DNA from: Nageia nagi
Lineage: Eukaryota > Plantae > Pinophyta
Reading direction: 5' to 3'
DNA: 64,000 nucleotides
Assembly: GCA_050084985.1 (NCBI GenBank)
Contig: JBITNC010000001.1
Location: forward strand, 130,138,001-130,202,000
Both the position numbers and the translations under genes were made by a program. Positions 62,227-64,000 of this stretch are shown here, one piece after another. The notes below the pieces were generated by a model that was not told the DNA's origin, made no database searches, and saw only the letters and a list, made by a program, of their open reading frames with translations. Position 1 is the first letter of the stretch. Each line of letters starts with the position of its first letter.

Positions 62227-64000
62227 TATTATTCTTTTACAATTACACTTTGTAAGGAGGGTAACATTCTGCTATTCGTAGATTCTTTCATTCATTTATT
62301 CTTTCTCACTAAGGTCCATGCTTTTAATTCTTATTTATTACTCCCCTTTAATTCTTTTGTAAGTGTTGTAATGAGTGTATAATCTTTATACTTAATCATT
62401 TTTATAAAATTTTGTTAAGTCTAGGAAAGTCTGGGTACTATTGATATTTTCAGGTAGTAGTTGATTTGTGTCATAACTTAAACTGCCATTTTGTTAAGAG
62501 GTGGGTGTTGTTGTGTAAATAAGTCCCATATGTTTGTTGCAATACAATTGGGTCTTCACCAATAACTATACATAGGTATGAGATTGAAAGGCATTTTTAT
62601 TTTGTCTTAGTCATGTCCAGGAAATAATGTAACATGTAAGGGAAGTAAGTGTCTAAGTCCAAGTCTAGGTATTATAGGAGTTCAAGTTTGTAAAATTTAG
62701 GTTCTATATACCTGGGTACTATTTTTAAGAAATATTATAAATATGAGTCATTATTGAGTCAAATTAGTTAATGAGTAATGTTCTAGATCTAGTGAATTTC
62801 CAAAGAAAAAGTTGTACCATACACCAAAAATAAATGGGCACTAAGTTAATCCATCAATGGGTGTTATCAAGGGACCAAATAATGTGAGATGTTTTAGTGA
62901 GTCTATTTTGTAGACCCCATCAATTTTAAGTGATGACATCACACCTTTTGTTGAAAATTAGCAGGTGATTAGATAACTCTTAGTCAACCAATAGAATCCA
63001 CAAGAGAAAATATGACTTGCTAAGCTGAAAAGAGAACTATGAGATAAGGGGAACACTCAAGTCCACTTAGTAGTTCTTCCTTAGGTTTCAAAGTTATATC
63101 TTTCATTTCCCTCATAATTTTCTTAACCTAGAGCTATAGTGATCCTCATAAATGGTTTTAGAGAGTTAGATAGATTTCGATAGACAATAGAGATAGATCA
63201 TACTAATCAAGTTGATAGACCATACTTTGATAATTAGCTACAGTTGTAATAAGATATAATCAAAGATAAATTTGAGACATTACAATTGAGAATGTACATA
63301 GATTCAAATTCTATAGATTCCTAGACATTGGCACTAATTGTAATAAGATACTGTGTAATTTAGCATAGTTATAGATTGAAGTTGTACATTTGTAAATAGT
63401 TCTTTATTTATGTTCTTAGTCAATAAGGTAATTAAGGGAAATAATGGTCAAAAGATATCCCCATGAGTCTGTAGATGATTTTAATTTAAGATTTGAGAAA
63501 ACTTGAAAGTCCATTCCAACAAGGATTAGATCAATAAATAGTCAAGACATGGTATATTATAGGAAAGCATTTCTTTTGAACCTTAATGTATTGATTTTTA
63601 TATCAAGTGGTACTTTCCCAAATGTATATCAAAGAGCTAAAACTGCTGAGCATACCTTGGTATCTTCTAGTAAGATACATCCTAGATCCATTATGCCCTT
63701 ATTTCCCAATCTACCTTCAAAATAGGTTCCTTTTCAAATTTCTCATCCTAGATTATTAGCTTTACCACCTCCTTCTCATAAACCTACCACTTAAAACTAA
63801 GTACCAGCACTACCAGCTCTTGCATCTACAAGTACAAATACTAGTTCTAATGCATGAGAGGAAGAGAGGATAAGGTAGCTAGAGATAACTATTAGGAACC
63901 TGATAAATCAGCTCACTTTACAAGAGATGTAGAATCAAGGATTCAATTACAAGAGATATGATAAATAGTATTAATGAAGATTTCAACCCAAAAATAATGA
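62227..64000 (+). mobile_element. Second copy of family A (opposite orientation): partial 5' LTR fused by deletion to mid-gag; runs out of window
   Basis: 62227-~63449 is the reverse complement of most of the A LTR. From ~63450 onward it is the reverse complement of A ~12036-11490 (CAAAAGATATCCCCATGAGTC...). Confidence 0.92.

Overview
AT-rich plant nuclear DNA, almost certainly from a gymnosperm (inferred from a CYP720-type P450, TatII-type domain order and heavy CG/CHG decay). Most of the window is nested, decayed retrotransposons. (A) A complete 14.1-kb Tat-lineage Ty3/gypsy element (510-14611, minus, TSD GTTAG) with order GAG-PROT-aRH-RT-RH-INT and a large extra sense ORF between integrase and the 3' LTR. 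It is inserted into the gag of (B), a pol-less Tat/Ogre-like element, which abuts a Ty1/copia fragment. (C) A complete chromovirus (21281-27463, minus). A near-full-length two-ORF APE-type LINE with a microsatellite tail (about 30500-35200, minus; RTEX/CR1/L2-like rather than typical plant L1). (E) A non-autonomous gypsy element (37555-43302). (F) An Ogre/Retand-like element (48717 to at least 62226, minus; RT-RH-aRH-INT) with a G-patch, a 7-kb 3' region, tandem arrays and an antisense plant-mobile-domain ORF; it carries a younger solo LTR and a second, internally deleted copy of family A. The only host gene is a CYP720(B)-like P450 pseudogene (48099-46725, minus) in a CpG-retaining island. 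It has a GC-AG intron, four deletions and a truncation three codons into exon 5. No intact host gene, RNA gene or CRISPR array was seen. All calls are by eye, and domain boundaries are approximate.
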